DNA of 64,000 nucleotides from an uncultured Oscillospiraceae bacterium (lineage in GTDB: Bacteria; Bacillota; Clostridia; Oscillospirales; Oscillospiraceae), in assembly GCA_947585425.1 (NCBI GenBank), contig CANPWZ010000001.1:70367-134366 (forward strand), written 5' to 3'. Shown here in pieces: positions 32,311 through 41,340 of this stretch. Position 1 is the stretch's first letter. Each line of letters begins with the position of its first letter. A program made the position numbers and the translations under genes. The notes beneath the pieces were generated by a model. The model saw only the letters and a list, made by a program, of their open reading frames with translations, had not been told where the DNA came from and did no database searches.

Positions 32311-33288
32311 ATGATAGAGCAGAGCATCAGCATCGAGCGGATGGAGCAGGCGGTGAACCTGTTCGGCGCCTTTGACGAGAACATCCGCATCATCGAGCAG
32401 GAGCTGGACGTGACGGTGGTCAACCGGGAGTCCAGCCTGAAGATCTCCGGCGAGGGCGAAAACGTCATGCTGGCGGTGAAGGCCATCCAGGGCCTGCTGT
32501 CCCTGTCCGCCAAGGGGGAGGCCATCGGCCAGCAGAACGTACGGTATATCATCGAGCTGGTCCGCACCGGCAACGAGGAGAAGATCGCCCGGCTGGCGGG
32601 GGACGTAATCTGCGTCACCGCCAAGGGCAGGCCTGTGAAGGCCAAGACCATCGGCCAGCAGAAATACGTGGACTCCATTTTGAAGAACACGGTGACCATC
32701 GGCGTGGGCCCCGCCGGCACGGGCAAGACCTATCTGGCGGTGGCCGCCGCCGTGGCCGCCTTCCGGGACAAGCAGGTGAACCGCATCATCCTCACCCGGC
32801 CCGCCGTGGAGGCGGGGGAGCGGCTGGGCTTCCTTCCCGGCGATTTGCAGAGCAAAGTGGACCCCTACCTGCGGCCTCTGTACGATGCGCTGTTCGATAT
32901 GCTGGGGGCAGAGACCTACCAGAAATACGTGGAGCGGGGGAACATCGAGGTGGCCCCTCTGGCCTATATGCGCGGGCGCACGCTGGACGACTCCTTCATC
33001 ATCCTGGACGAGGCCCAGAACACGTCAAGGGAGCAGATGAAGATGTTTTTGACCCGCATGGGGTTCAACTCCAAGGCGGTCATCACCGGCGACGTGACCC
33101 AGATCGACCTGCCCGCCGACAAGGCCAGCGGCCTGAAGGAGGCCATGCGGGTGCTGCGGGACGTGGAGGACATCGAGATCTGCCGGCTGGGGGAGGCCGA
33201 CGTGGTGCGCCACGTCATCGTCCAGCGGATCATTAAGGCCTACGAGGACTACGAGAACGCCAAGACAGGCGGGAAGGGGAAAAAATAA
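32311..33288 (+). CDS. phoH: PhoH-family ATPase
   Basis: Walker A GPAGTGKTYLAVA, plus ILTRPAVEAGERLGFLPGD and ILDEAQN. Confidence 0.92.
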   Translation: MIEQSISIERMEQAVNLFGAFDENIRIIEQELDVTVVNRESSLKISGEGENVMLAVKAIQGLLSLSAKGEAIGQQNVRYIIELVRTGNEEKIARLAGDVICVTAKGRPVKAKTIGQQKYVDSILKNTVTIGVGPAGTGKTYLAVAAAVAAFRDKQVNRIILTRPAVEAGERLGFLPGDLQSKVDPYLRPLYDALFDMLGAETYQKYVERGNIEVAPLAYMRGRTLDDSFIILDEAQNTSREQMKMFLTRMGFNSKAVITGDVTQIDLPADKASGLKEAMRVLRDVEDIEICRLGEADVVRHVIVQRIIKAYEDYENAKTGGKGKK

Positions 33289-33782
33289 TGGCAAAGCGGC
33301 ATTACATCCCCGTCACTGCCGACGTGCCGGGGGCCAGCGACAGTTTGCGCGCCCTTCTCCGCAGGGCCATCCGCGCGGTCCTGGCCGCCGAGGGGGTGGA
33401 CTTCCCCTGCGAGGTGGACGTGTCTCTCACCGATGACGCGGGCATCCACGAGATCAACCGGGAGATGCGGAATGTGGACGCCCCCACCGACGTACTGTCT
33501 TTCCCCGCCTTCGACCTGGCCCCCGGCGTCCTGCCCGACCCGGCGGAGGACGCCGACCCGGGCTCCGGCTTGGTGCCCCTGGGGGACATGGTCATCTCCC
33601 TGGAGCGGGCGAGGGCCCAGGCGGCGGAGTACGGCCACTCCCAGCGCCGGGAGCTGGCCTATCTGGCGGTCCACTCCACCCTCCATCTGCTGGGGTACGA
33701 CCACCTGGACGAGGGGCCCCAAAAGGCCCAAATGCGGGCCAGGGAAGAGGCGATCATGGCCGAATTGGGCCTGGCCCGGTAA
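33288..33782 (+). CDS. ybeY: rRNA maturation endoribonuclease YbeY
   Basis: HSTLHLLGYDH zinc motif. TAATG overlap with phoH. Confidence 0.92.
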   Translation: MAKRHYIPVTADVPGASDSLRALLRRAIRAVLAAEGVDFPCEVDVSLTDDAGIHEINREMRNVDAPTDVLSFPAFDLAPGVLPDPAEDADPGSGLVPLGDMVISLERARAQAAEYGHSQRRELAYLAVHSTLHLLGYDHLDEGPQKAQMRAREEAIMAELGLAR

Positions 33783-33794
33783 GGGGGATTCACG

Positions 33795-34835
33795 ATGCGA
33801 GAGCGGGACTTTGGACTGGACGCGGTCCGGGCGGCCGCGGCGGTGCTGGTGCTTTCCGTCCACTTTTTTATGAACAGCGGTTTTTATGATCTGCCCATCG
33901 ACGGCCCCGCCATGGCGCTGGCCGCCGTGCTGCGGATGGTCTGCATGGCCTGTGTGCCCTTGTTTCTCCTGCTGAGCGGCTGCCTGTGCGTTGACCACCG
34001 CTGGAGCCTGGGGTATTACCGGAAGCTGCTGCCGGTGCTGTTCACCTATCTGCTGTCGGGGCTTGCGTGTATGGCGTATCAGAGGGCCTGCCTGGGGACG
34101 GAGATCACCCCGCTGGGGTATATCCGCCGCCTGCTGGACTTCAGCGCCGCGCCCTACGCCTGGTATGTGGAGATGTACATCGGCCTGTTCCTGCTGATCC
34201 CCTTTGTGAACGCGGCGTGGCGCGCCCTGGACGAGCGGGGGCGGCTGGCGCTGGTGATGACCCTGCTGGCGGTCACCGCCCTGCCCACCGTGTCTAACGT
34301 CCTGTGGCATCTGCTGCCCGGCTGGTGGACAGGCTTCTACCCGCTGACCTACTACGTGCTGGGGGCCTGGCTGCGGGATCACCCCATCCGGCTGGCGGGG
34401 TGGAAGCTGGCCCTGGGCTGGCTGGGGCTGGCGGCGGCGGCCGCCCTGCTGACGGCGAAGCTCCAGCGGGGGGCGCCCTTTTCCTACGCCGAGTTCAACT
34501 ACTGGGGCAGCCTGTTCGTGACCGGGGAGGCGGTGTGCGCCTTCTCCCTGCTGCGCCGGGCCGATGGAGCGCGTGCCCCCGCGCCGGCGCGCTGGTGCGT
34601 GAGGCAGATCGCCCGGCTGTCGCTGCCCATCTATCTGGTATCTTACATCGCCGACACGCTGGCCTACCCTCTGCTGACCGCCCGTGTCTCCACGATGGCG
34701 GGGCGGCTGCCCTGGATGCCGGTCATGGTGCTGATCGTGCTGATATGCTCCTCGCTGCTGGCGGTGCCGGTGGAGCTGGCGGCGGGCGCCCTGACCCGCC
34801 TGGTCCCGGGGGCGAAAAAGGATACGGGGCGCTGA
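33795..34835 (+). CDS. Acyltransferase family 3 (membrane O-acyltransferase)
   Basis: N-terminal FGLDAVRAAAAVLVLSVHFF and about 10 TM segments. Confidence 0.7.
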   Translation: MRERDFGLDAVRAAAAVLVLSVHFFMNSGFYDLPIDGPAMALAAVLRMVCMACVPLFLLLSGCLCVDHRWSLGYYRKLLPVLFTYLLSGLACMAYQRACLGTEITPLGYIRRLLDFSAAPYAWYVEMYIGLFLLIPFVNAAWRALDERGRLALVMTLLAVTALPTVSNVLWHLLPGWWTGFYPLTYYVLGAWLRDHPIRLAGWKLALGWLGLAAAAALLTAKLQRGAPFSYAEFNYWGSLFVTGEAVCAFSLLRRADGARAPAPARWCVRQIARLSLPIYLVSYIADTLAYPLLTARVSTMAGRLPWMPVMVLIVLICSSLLAVPVELAAGALTRLVPGAKKDTGR

Positions 34836-34893
34836 AACGCGCGGCAATGCTCAACGCCGCATAAAATCACAGAAAGTTGAGGATCATCTTCAT

Positions 34894-35802
34894 ATGAGCG
34901 ACATCAAAAGATCGGGATTCATCACCCTCTGCGGCCGGCCCAACGTGGGCAAATCCACCCTGGCCAACGCCCTGGCGGGGGAGAAGGTGGCCATCGTCTC
35001 CCCCAAGCCCCAGACCACCCGGAACCGCATCTGCGCGGTGGCGGTCCGTGGGGACTGCCAGTTCGTGTTCGTGGACACGCCGGGCCTCCACAAAGCCCGC
35101 ACCCGGCTGGGGGATTACATGGTCAGAGAGGTGGGCCAGTCGGTGGCCGATGTGGACGGCATCCTGCTGGTGGTGGAGCCCGTCCCCCACATCGGCAGCC
35201 CCGAGGAGGAGCTGATCGGGCGCATCCGGCAGCAGAAAAAGCTGGGCGTCAAGGCGGGCCTCGTCATCAACAAGGTGGACACGGTGGGGGAGAAGGAGAA
35301 GCTGCTCTCGGTCATCGCCGCCTACTCCGCCGAGCTGGACTGGGACCTGGTCATACCCATCTCCGCCCGGACCGGCGACGGGGTGGAGGAGCTGCTCTCC
35401 GAGCTGTCCGGCTGGCTGCCCGAGGGCCCCAGGCTCTTCCCCGACGGCATGACCTCCGACCAGAGCGAGCGGCAGATGATGTCCGAGATCGTCCGGGAGC
35501 ATCTGCTGACCGCCCTGGACAAGGAGGTGCCCCACGGCGTGGCCGTGGAGGTGACCAGGTTCTCCCAGCGGGACGACGGCATCATCGACTGCTCGGTGAC
35601 CATCTACTGCGAAAAGGAATCCCACAAGGGGATCATCATCGGGAAAAAGGGCGCGATGCTGAAAAAAATTTCCACCGGCGCCCGGGAGGACATGGAGCGC
35701 TTCATGGGCGAAAAGGTGTACCTCCAGACCTGGGTGAAGGTAAAGGAGAACTGGCGGGACAACCCGGCGGCCATCCAGAATTTCGGCTATACCGGGGACT
35801 GA
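34894..35802 (+). CDS. era: GTPase Era
   Basis: G1 GRPNVGKST, G3 DTPG, G4 NKVD, and a C-terminal KH domain (GIIIGKKGAMLKKI). Confidence 0.95.
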   Translation: MSDIKRSGFITLCGRPNVGKSTLANALAGEKVAIVSPKPQTTRNRICAVAVRGDCQFVFVDTPGLHKARTRLGDYMVREVGQSVADVDGILLVVEPVPHIGSPEEELIGRIRQQKKLGVKAGLVINKVDTVGEKEKLLSVIAAYSAELDWDLVIPISARTGDGVEELLSELSGWLPEGPRLFPDGMTSDQSERQMMSEIVREHLLTALDKEVPHGVAVEVTRFSQRDDGIIDCSVTIYCEKESHKGIIIGKKGAMLKKISTGAREDMERFMGEKVYLQTWVKVKENWRDNPAAIQNFGYTGD

Positions 35803-35868
35803 ACCCCACAACTTACCGCACATACCCGCCCATCCCTCCGCCAAACTAAGGGCAGGAGGGATGCGGAG

Positions 35869-36069
35869 ATGAATGAATATTGGAACCTGTTTCTGGCCAC
35901 CGGCATGCCGGAGGCCTGGGTGATGAGCCGGAAGATGGCAGACAGGCCCGGCGGCGGCGAGCAGCTCTGGCCGATGGCCAAGGCCGGCGACCCGGTGCGC
36001 CCCTGCGCGGTGGCGGCGGCGGGGGAGGCCTCTCTGGCGGCCCACCGGGAGGCGCTGAGCGCCCATTGA
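35869..36069 (+). CDS. yqzL: YqzL-family small protein with an extended C-terminus
   Basis: N-terminal YWNLFLATGMPEAWVMSRK resembles the YqzL motif, and it occupies the conserved era-yqzL-recO position. Confidence 0.55.
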   Translation: MNEYWNLFLATGMPEAWVMSRKMADRPGGGEQLWPMAKAGDPVRPCAVAAAGEASLAAHREALSAH

Positions 36070-36109
36070 CTTTGGGGCGGCCCGCGCCGCCCCTACATAG
36101 GAGACCATC

Positions 36110-36877
36110 ATGCACATGACCACAAAGGCCCTCGTTCTGCGGGAGGTCAACTACAAGGAATCGGATAAGATCCTGACCGTCCTCACCGAGCGGGAGGGCA
36201 GGATGACCCTGTCCGCCCGGGGGTGCCGGAGGAAAAACAGCCCCATCGCCGCGGGCTGCCAGCTTCTGTGCTGGGGGGAGTTCACCCTCTACGAGTACCA
36301 GGGCCGCTGGTCGGTGAAGGAGACCGCCGCCGAGCGGCTGTTCGAAGGGGTCCGGGCGGACCTGGACAAGCTGGCCCTGGCAAGCTATATGGCCGAGGCG
36401 GCGGAGACCCTCTCCGAGGAGGGCCAGCCGGAGCCGGAGCTGCTGGCCCTGACCCTGAACTGCATCCACGCCCTGGATAAGCTGGACCTGCCCCTGGCCC
36501 AGGTGAAGGCCGCCTTCGAGTGGCGGTGTATGTCCCTGGCGGGGTATGAGCCCCAGCTGGAAGGCTGTGCCGTCTGCGGCAGGGAGGAGCCGGAGGAGCC
36601 CCGCATCCACCTGGGGGAGGGGCTGCTCTGCTGCGCCGCCTGCCGGGAGAAGCTGGGCGAGGGGGTTTCCATGCCCCTGACCCCGGCGGCCCTGGCCGCC
36701 CTGCGGCACATCGTGTGGAGCGACCGGAAGCGCATCCTCTCCTTCCGGCTGGAGACCGAGGGTCTCCGCCTGCTGGGGGACGCCTCCGAAGCCTATCTGC
36801 TGACCCGGCTGGAGCGGGGGTTCCGCACCCTGGACTTTTACAAGAGCCTGTCCTCGCCGGCGGGGAAGGGGAACTGA
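36110..36877 (+). CDS. recO: DNA repair protein RecO
   Basis: OB-fold N-terminus ALVLREVNYKESDKILTVLT and zinc motif CAVCG...CCAAC. Confidence 0.9.
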   Translation: MHMTTKALVLREVNYKESDKILTVLTEREGRMTLSARGCRRKNSPIAAGCQLLCWGEFTLYEYQGRWSVKETAAERLFEGVRADLDKLALASYMAEAAETLSEEGQPEPELLALTLNCIHALDKLDLPLAQVKAAFEWRCMSLAGYEPQLEGCAVCGREEPEEPRIHLGEGLLCCAACREKLGEGVSMPLTPAALAALRHIVWSDRKRILSFRLETEGLRLLGDASEAYLLTRLERGFRTLDFYKSLSSPAGKGN

Positions 36878-36878
36878 G

Positions 36879-38417
36879 ATGGAACAGTTGAAACGCAAAG
36901 GCGCCTGGGGCGGCGCGGGCGGGGCTTTGTCTGCCGCCGCGCTGATCTGCGGCGGTATCATGTGCCTTGTCATCGTGATGGCCAGCGCGTGGAATCTGTT
37001 TGAGCAGACCACGCCGGTCGCCTTTGCGCTGCTCTATCTGGCCGCGGGGCTGGCGCTGACGCTGGGGACAGCCGCCCTGTGCCGGCTCGTTCCCGCGAAA
37101 AGCGAGGCGCGGTTCTGCGTCTGCCTTGCCGCCGCGGTTTTCGCGCTGCGGTGGCTGATGGTGCTCCTTGCCCCCACCCGGCCGGAGAGCGATTTCGCCG
37201 TCCTGTTTTCCGCGGCGCGGGAGCTTGCCGGGGGAAACAACGTGATGAACGGCACGCCCTATTTCCAGTGGTGGGCGTATCAGAGCGGCTTTGTGGCGTG
37301 GATGGCCGTTTGGATCAGGCTGTTCCATGCGGATGTGTTCTTCTTCCAGATGATGAACTGCCTGTGCGGCGCGGTGAGCGCGGTGCTGGTCTATGGACTG
37401 GCCCGGCGGTTCGCCTCGTCCCGGGGGGCCCGGGCGGCCGGGATGCTGTATCTGCTCTATCCGGGCAGCCTCCTGCTGACGCCGGTGCTCACCAACCAGC
37501 ACCTGTCCGAGGTCCTGCTGCTGGCGGGGCTATACATCGCCTCCGGCGGGGAGGGCCGGCTGAAGGACCGTCTGCTCCGGGGCCTGGGCGCGGGGGCGCT
37601 GCTGGCGCTGAGCGATGTGATCCGCCCCGCGGCCGTCGTGGCCGTGCTGGGGGCGCTGGCCGTGCTGCTTTTGAGTATGCTTCGCTGGAGGGAGCTGGGC
37701 CGGGACGGGGTGGCCGCCGCGGCGGCGGGGACGCTGTGTCTGCTGGCGGCGTATTTCGCGGTGACCCGGGGGCTGTCGTGGCTGACGGCTGTCAGCGGGC
37801 TCAATCAGTACGGCCTGACCAATCAGGTGCCTTCCTGGAAGTTCGCGCTGGGGCTCAACATGGACACCGGCGGGGCATATAGCCAGGCGGACGCCGATCT
37901 GGTGTTTGCCTCTCCAGACCCCGCGGCCGCGGAACAGGCCGCCTGGGCTCTGCTGTCGGAGCGGCTGGCCGGATCGACGCTCTTAAGCCTGCCAGACCTG
38001 TTTTCCCGGAAGATCGACAATATGTGGGGCGGCTTTGAGCCCACGCTGTGGACGTTTACGTCCGGCGTCACCGGGGCATACGCGGCCCGGGGACTGGGGG
38101 AGGCGCTCCAATGGTGGCTGGACAAGGCCGTGCGGCTGGCCTCCGGAATCTATATCGGGGAAAACCTGCTCATCGCCGCCGGGTGCGTCCGGGCGGCGTG
38201 GAGACAGGAGCGGGGCCGGGGGACCGCCCTGCTGCTGACCCTGACGGCGCTGGCCTATTTCTGCGCCCATCTGCTCATCGAGATCCAGTCCCGTTACCGC
38301 ACCCTGCTGTTCGCCGTGTGCCTGCCGCTGGCGGCCCTCGGCGCGGACTGGCTGGCGGAGCTGTTTTCCGCCGCCGGAAAGAGGAGAAAGGAACCTTCCG
38401 ATGACCGAACTGTTTGA
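36879..38417 (+). CDS. Polytopic membrane protein, GT-C / glycosyltransferase family 39 (ArnT/PMT)-like
   Basis: About 512 aa and more than 10 TM segments. The first periplasmic-loop region and overall layout resemble PMT_2/ArnT proteins. Weak call made by eye. Confidence 0.5.
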   Translation: MEQLKRKGAWGGAGGALSAAALICGGIMCLVIVMASAWNLFEQTTPVAFALLYLAAGLALTLGTAALCRLVPAKSEARFCVCLAAAVFALRWLMVLLAPTRPESDFAVLFSAARELAGGNNVMNGTPYFQWWAYQSGFVAWMAVWIRLFHADVFFFQMMNCLCGAVSAVLVYGLARRFASSRGARAAGMLYLLYPGSLLLTPVLTNQHLSEVLLLAGLYIASGGEGRLKDRLLRGLGAGALLALSDVIRPAAVVAVLGALAVLLLSMLRWRELGRDGVAAAAAGTLCLLAAYFAVTRGLSWLTAVSGLNQYGLTNQVPSWKFALGLNMDTGGAYSQADADLVFASPDPAAAEQAAWALLSERLAGSTLLSLPDLFSRKIDNMWGGFEPTLWTFTSGVTGAYAARGLGEALQWWLDKAVRLASGIYIGENLLIAAGCVRAAWRQERGRGTALLLTLTALAYFCAHLLIEIQSRYRTLLFAVCLPLAALGADWLAELFSAAGKRRKEPSDDRTV

Positions 38418-40776
38418 AAAATCCGTCGAGACGCTGGAGCTGCCCAAGGTGCTGGCCATGCTGGCCGACGAGGCCGCCACCGAGGAGGGGAGGGAGGCCT
38501 GCCTTGCCCTCCGCCCCGCCGTGGTGAGAAGCGACGTCCAGCGCCTCCAGAAGCAGACCTCCGCCGCCTTCGATCTGCTGGTGAAGCACGGCACGCCGGG
38601 GCTGGCCGGCATCAGGCCGGTGGAGCTGCCCCTGAGCCGGGCGGACCGGGGGGGCTCCCTGAACACCAGGGAGCTGCTGGACGTGGCCCTGGTGCTCCGC
38701 TGCGCCCGGAATGTGAGGGAGTACGGGGCGGGGAGCGGCACCGTGCTGGACGGTTACTTCGACTCCCTCACCGCCAACCGCTTTCTGGAGGACAAGATCA
38801 CGAACTCCATCCTCAGCGAGGAGGAGATCGCCGACGCCGCCTCCCCGGAGCTGGCCGACATCCGCCGCCACATCCGGGCCGCCGCCGGCAAGGTGCGGGA
38901 CGTGCTGAACCGCCTCATCTCCTCCAGCCAGGCAAAATACCTGCGGGAGGCCATCATCACCATGCGGGGGGGCCGGTTCGTGGTCCCCGTGAAGAGCGAG
39001 CATAAGAACGACATCCCAGGGCTCGTCCACGACGTGTCCGGCTCCGGCTCCACCTTCTTCATCGAGCCCATGGGGGTGGTCAACGCCAACAACGAGCTGA
39101 GGGAGCTCCAGGCCAAGGAGCAGAAGGAGATCGAGCGCATTTTGGCGGAGCTGTCCGCCGACTGCGCCTCCTTCCGGGCGGACATCGAGGACGACTACCG
39201 TACCCTCATCGCCCTGGACTGCGTCTTTGCCCGTGCCAAGCTGTCCTCGGTGATGGGCTGCATGGAGCCGGCCCTGGGGGATCACATCGAGCTCATTAAG
39301 GCCCGGCACCCCCTGCTGGACCCCAAGACGGCGGTGCGCAACGACCTGACCCTGGGCAAGACCTTCGACACCCTGGTGATCACCGGCCCCAACACCGGCG
39401 GCAAGACGGTGACGCTCAAGACCCTGGGCCTGCTGACCCTCATGGCCCAGTGTGGATTACACATCCCCGCCGCCGACGGCTCCACCGTGAAGGTGTGCAG
39501 CAAGGTGCTGGCCGACATCGGCGACGAGCAGTCCATCGACCAGTCCCTGTCCACCTTCTCCTCCCACATGACCAACATCGTGGCCATCCTGGAGCAGGCG
39601 GACGACGGCGCCCTCATCCTGTTCGACGAGCTGGGGGCGGGCACCGACCCGGTGGAGGGGGCCGCCCTGGCCGCCGCCATCATCGAGTCCGCCCGGGGCC
39701 TGGGGGCCGCCGTGGCCGCCACCACCCACTACGCCGAGCTGAAGGTCTACGCCATGACCACCCCCGGCGTCCAGAACGCCTCCTGCGAGTTCGACGTGGA
39801 GACCCTGGCCCCCACCTACCGGGTACTGACCGGCGTCCCCGGCAAGTCCAACGCCTTTGCCATCTCCAAACGGCTGGGGCTGCCAGACTATATCATCCAG
39901 AAGGCCGCCGACCGGGTGGACGCGGAGAACATCCGCTTCGAGGACGTGCTGAGCCAGCTGGAGCGCCAGCGCCAGCAGATGGAGAAGGAGAAGGAGGCCG
40001 CCGCCCGCCTCCGCCGGGAGATGGAGGAGGCCCGGGCCCAGGCGGAGGAGTACCGGGCAAAGATCGAGGAGGAGCGGCGGAAGGCCACCGAGCGGGCCCA
40101 GGCGGAGGCCAGGGCCATCCTCAACGAGGCCAGGGACACCGCCGACCGCGTGTTCAAAGAGCTGAATGAGATGCGCCGCCGCCAGGAGCAGGCCCGGACC
40201 TGGGTGGACGATAACGACCAGCGGGCGGAGCTCCGCCACCGGCTCAACCAGGCGGAGGACAGCCTGGGCATCAGGCCGGAGGAACTGCCCGCCCCGCCCC
40301 CCACCCGGGACGCCGTTGTGGGCGACACGGTGGAGCTGGTGAAGATGGGCACCCAGGCGGAGGTGACAGCCGTCAACAAGGACGGCACCCTCCAGCTCCA
40401 GGCGGGCATATTGAAGATGAAGGCGAAGCAGGACGAGGTGCGGGTGCTGGAGGACGTCACCGCACGGAAGAAGCAGAGCCAGCGGGACAAAGCCAGAGCG
40501 GCCTCGGTGCGGCACGAGTTCCGGGCGGCCGCCGCCAAGGCGGAGCTGGACATCCGGGGGATGACCGCCGGGGAGGCCCTGGCGGAGGTGGACAATTTCC
40601 TGGACGCCGCCCTCATGGGCAAGCTGGAGACCGCCCGGATCATCCACGGCAAGGGCACCGGCGCCCTGCGCAAGGCGGTGCGGGAGCACCTGAAAAAGAG
40701 CCGCTATGTAAAGGAGTTCCGCCCCGGCGTCTACGGCGAGGGGGAGGACGGCGTGACCATCGTAACGCTGAAATAG
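38401..40776 (+). CDS. mutS2: Endonuclease MutS2 (MutS domain V ATPase plus C-terminal Smr)
   Basis: Walker A ITGPNTGGKT, plus LFDELGAGTDP, a coiled-coil linker and the Smr domain LDIRGMTAGEAL...IIHGKGTGALR. Confidence 0.95.
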   Translation: MTELFEKSVETLELPKVLAMLADEAATEEGREACLALRPAVVRSDVQRLQKQTSAAFDLLVKHGTPGLAGIRPVELPLSRADRGGSLNTRELLDVALVLRCARNVREYGAGSGTVLDGYFDSLTANRFLEDKITNSILSEEEIADAASPELADIRRHIRAAAGKVRDVLNRLISSSQAKYLREAIITMRGGRFVVPVKSEHKNDIPGLVHDVSGSGSTFFIEPMGVVNANNELRELQAKEQKEIERILAELSADCASFRADIEDDYRTLIALDCVFARAKLSSVMGCMEPALGDHIELIKARHPLLDPKTAVRNDLTLGKTFDTLVITGPNTGGKTVTLKTLGLLTLMAQCGLHIPAADGSTVKVCSKVLADIGDEQSIDQSLSTFSSHMTNIVAILEQADDGALILFDELGAGTDPVEGAALAAAIIESARGLGAAVAATTHYAELKVYAMTTPGVQNASCEFDVETLAPTYRVLTGVPGKSNAFAISKRLGLPDYIIQKAADRVDAENIRFEDVLSQLERQRQQMEKEKEAAARLRREMEEARAQAEEYRAKIEEERRKATERAQAEARAILNEARDTADRVFKELNEMRRRQEQARTWVDDNDQRAELRHRLNQAEDSLGIRPEELPAPPPTRDAVVGDTVELVKMGTQAEVTAVNKDGTLQLQAGILKMKAKQDEVRVLEDVTARKKQSQRDKARAASVRHEFRAAAAKAELDIRGMTAGEALAEVDNFLDAALMGKLETARIIHGKGTGALRKAVREHLKKSRYVKEFRPGVYGEGEDGVTIVTLK

Positions 40777-40946
40777 GGGAAAAAGGTGTCCTGGTGTCCC
40801 AATTCTTAGCGGAATAATCAACAAACTTGTCCTTTATATTTGTGCAAACTGCCGTTGACGGTGCGCCCTGAAATCTGTTATGCTTACGTTGCGAAGTTCA
40901 GTGTGGGGCCCCGCATCGCCCCAATGAGAGTATGGAGGGTAGCGCC

Positions 40947-41210
40947 ATGTTTATGAAAGAGACTACGGTCAGCAACCAGGTCGGTCTCCACGCCCGCCCC
41001 GCCACCTTCTTTATCCAGAAGGCCAACGAGTACAAAAGCTCCATCTGGGTGGAGAAAGACGAGCGCCGGGTGAACGCCAAGAGCCTCCTGGGCGTCCTTT
41101 CCCTGGGGATCGTGAAGGGGACCGTCATCAACCTCATCGCCGACGGGCCTGACGAGGAGGCCGCCATCAACGCGCTGGTGGAGCTCATCAATTCCGATTT
41201 TTCCGAGTGA
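40947..41210 (+). CDS. ptsH: Phosphocarrier protein HPr
   Basis: His15 motif GLHARPA and Ser46 motif NAKSLLGVLSLG. ATG at 40947 sits 7 nt from GGAGGG. Confidence 0.9.
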   Translation: MFMKETTVSNQVGLHARPATFFIQKANEYKSSIWVEKDERRVNAKSLLGVLSLGIVKGTVINLIADGPDEEAAINALVELINSDFSE

Positions 41211-41224
41211 TCGACCGACAACCG

Positions 41225-41259
41225 AGCGGGACTTGGGTATTCCAGGTCCCGCTTTTTTT
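41225..41259 (+). terminator. Intrinsic terminator after ptsH
   Basis: AGCGGGACTTGG / CCAGGTCCCGCT stem followed by T7. Confidence 0.85.
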
Positions 41260-41340
41260 CGTTCCCATTGATTTACATAAAAATGTTGACGGGACCGGGC
41301 CCCATCTGGTATCCTGTAAAAGAGAAAAGGGGGGAGGACG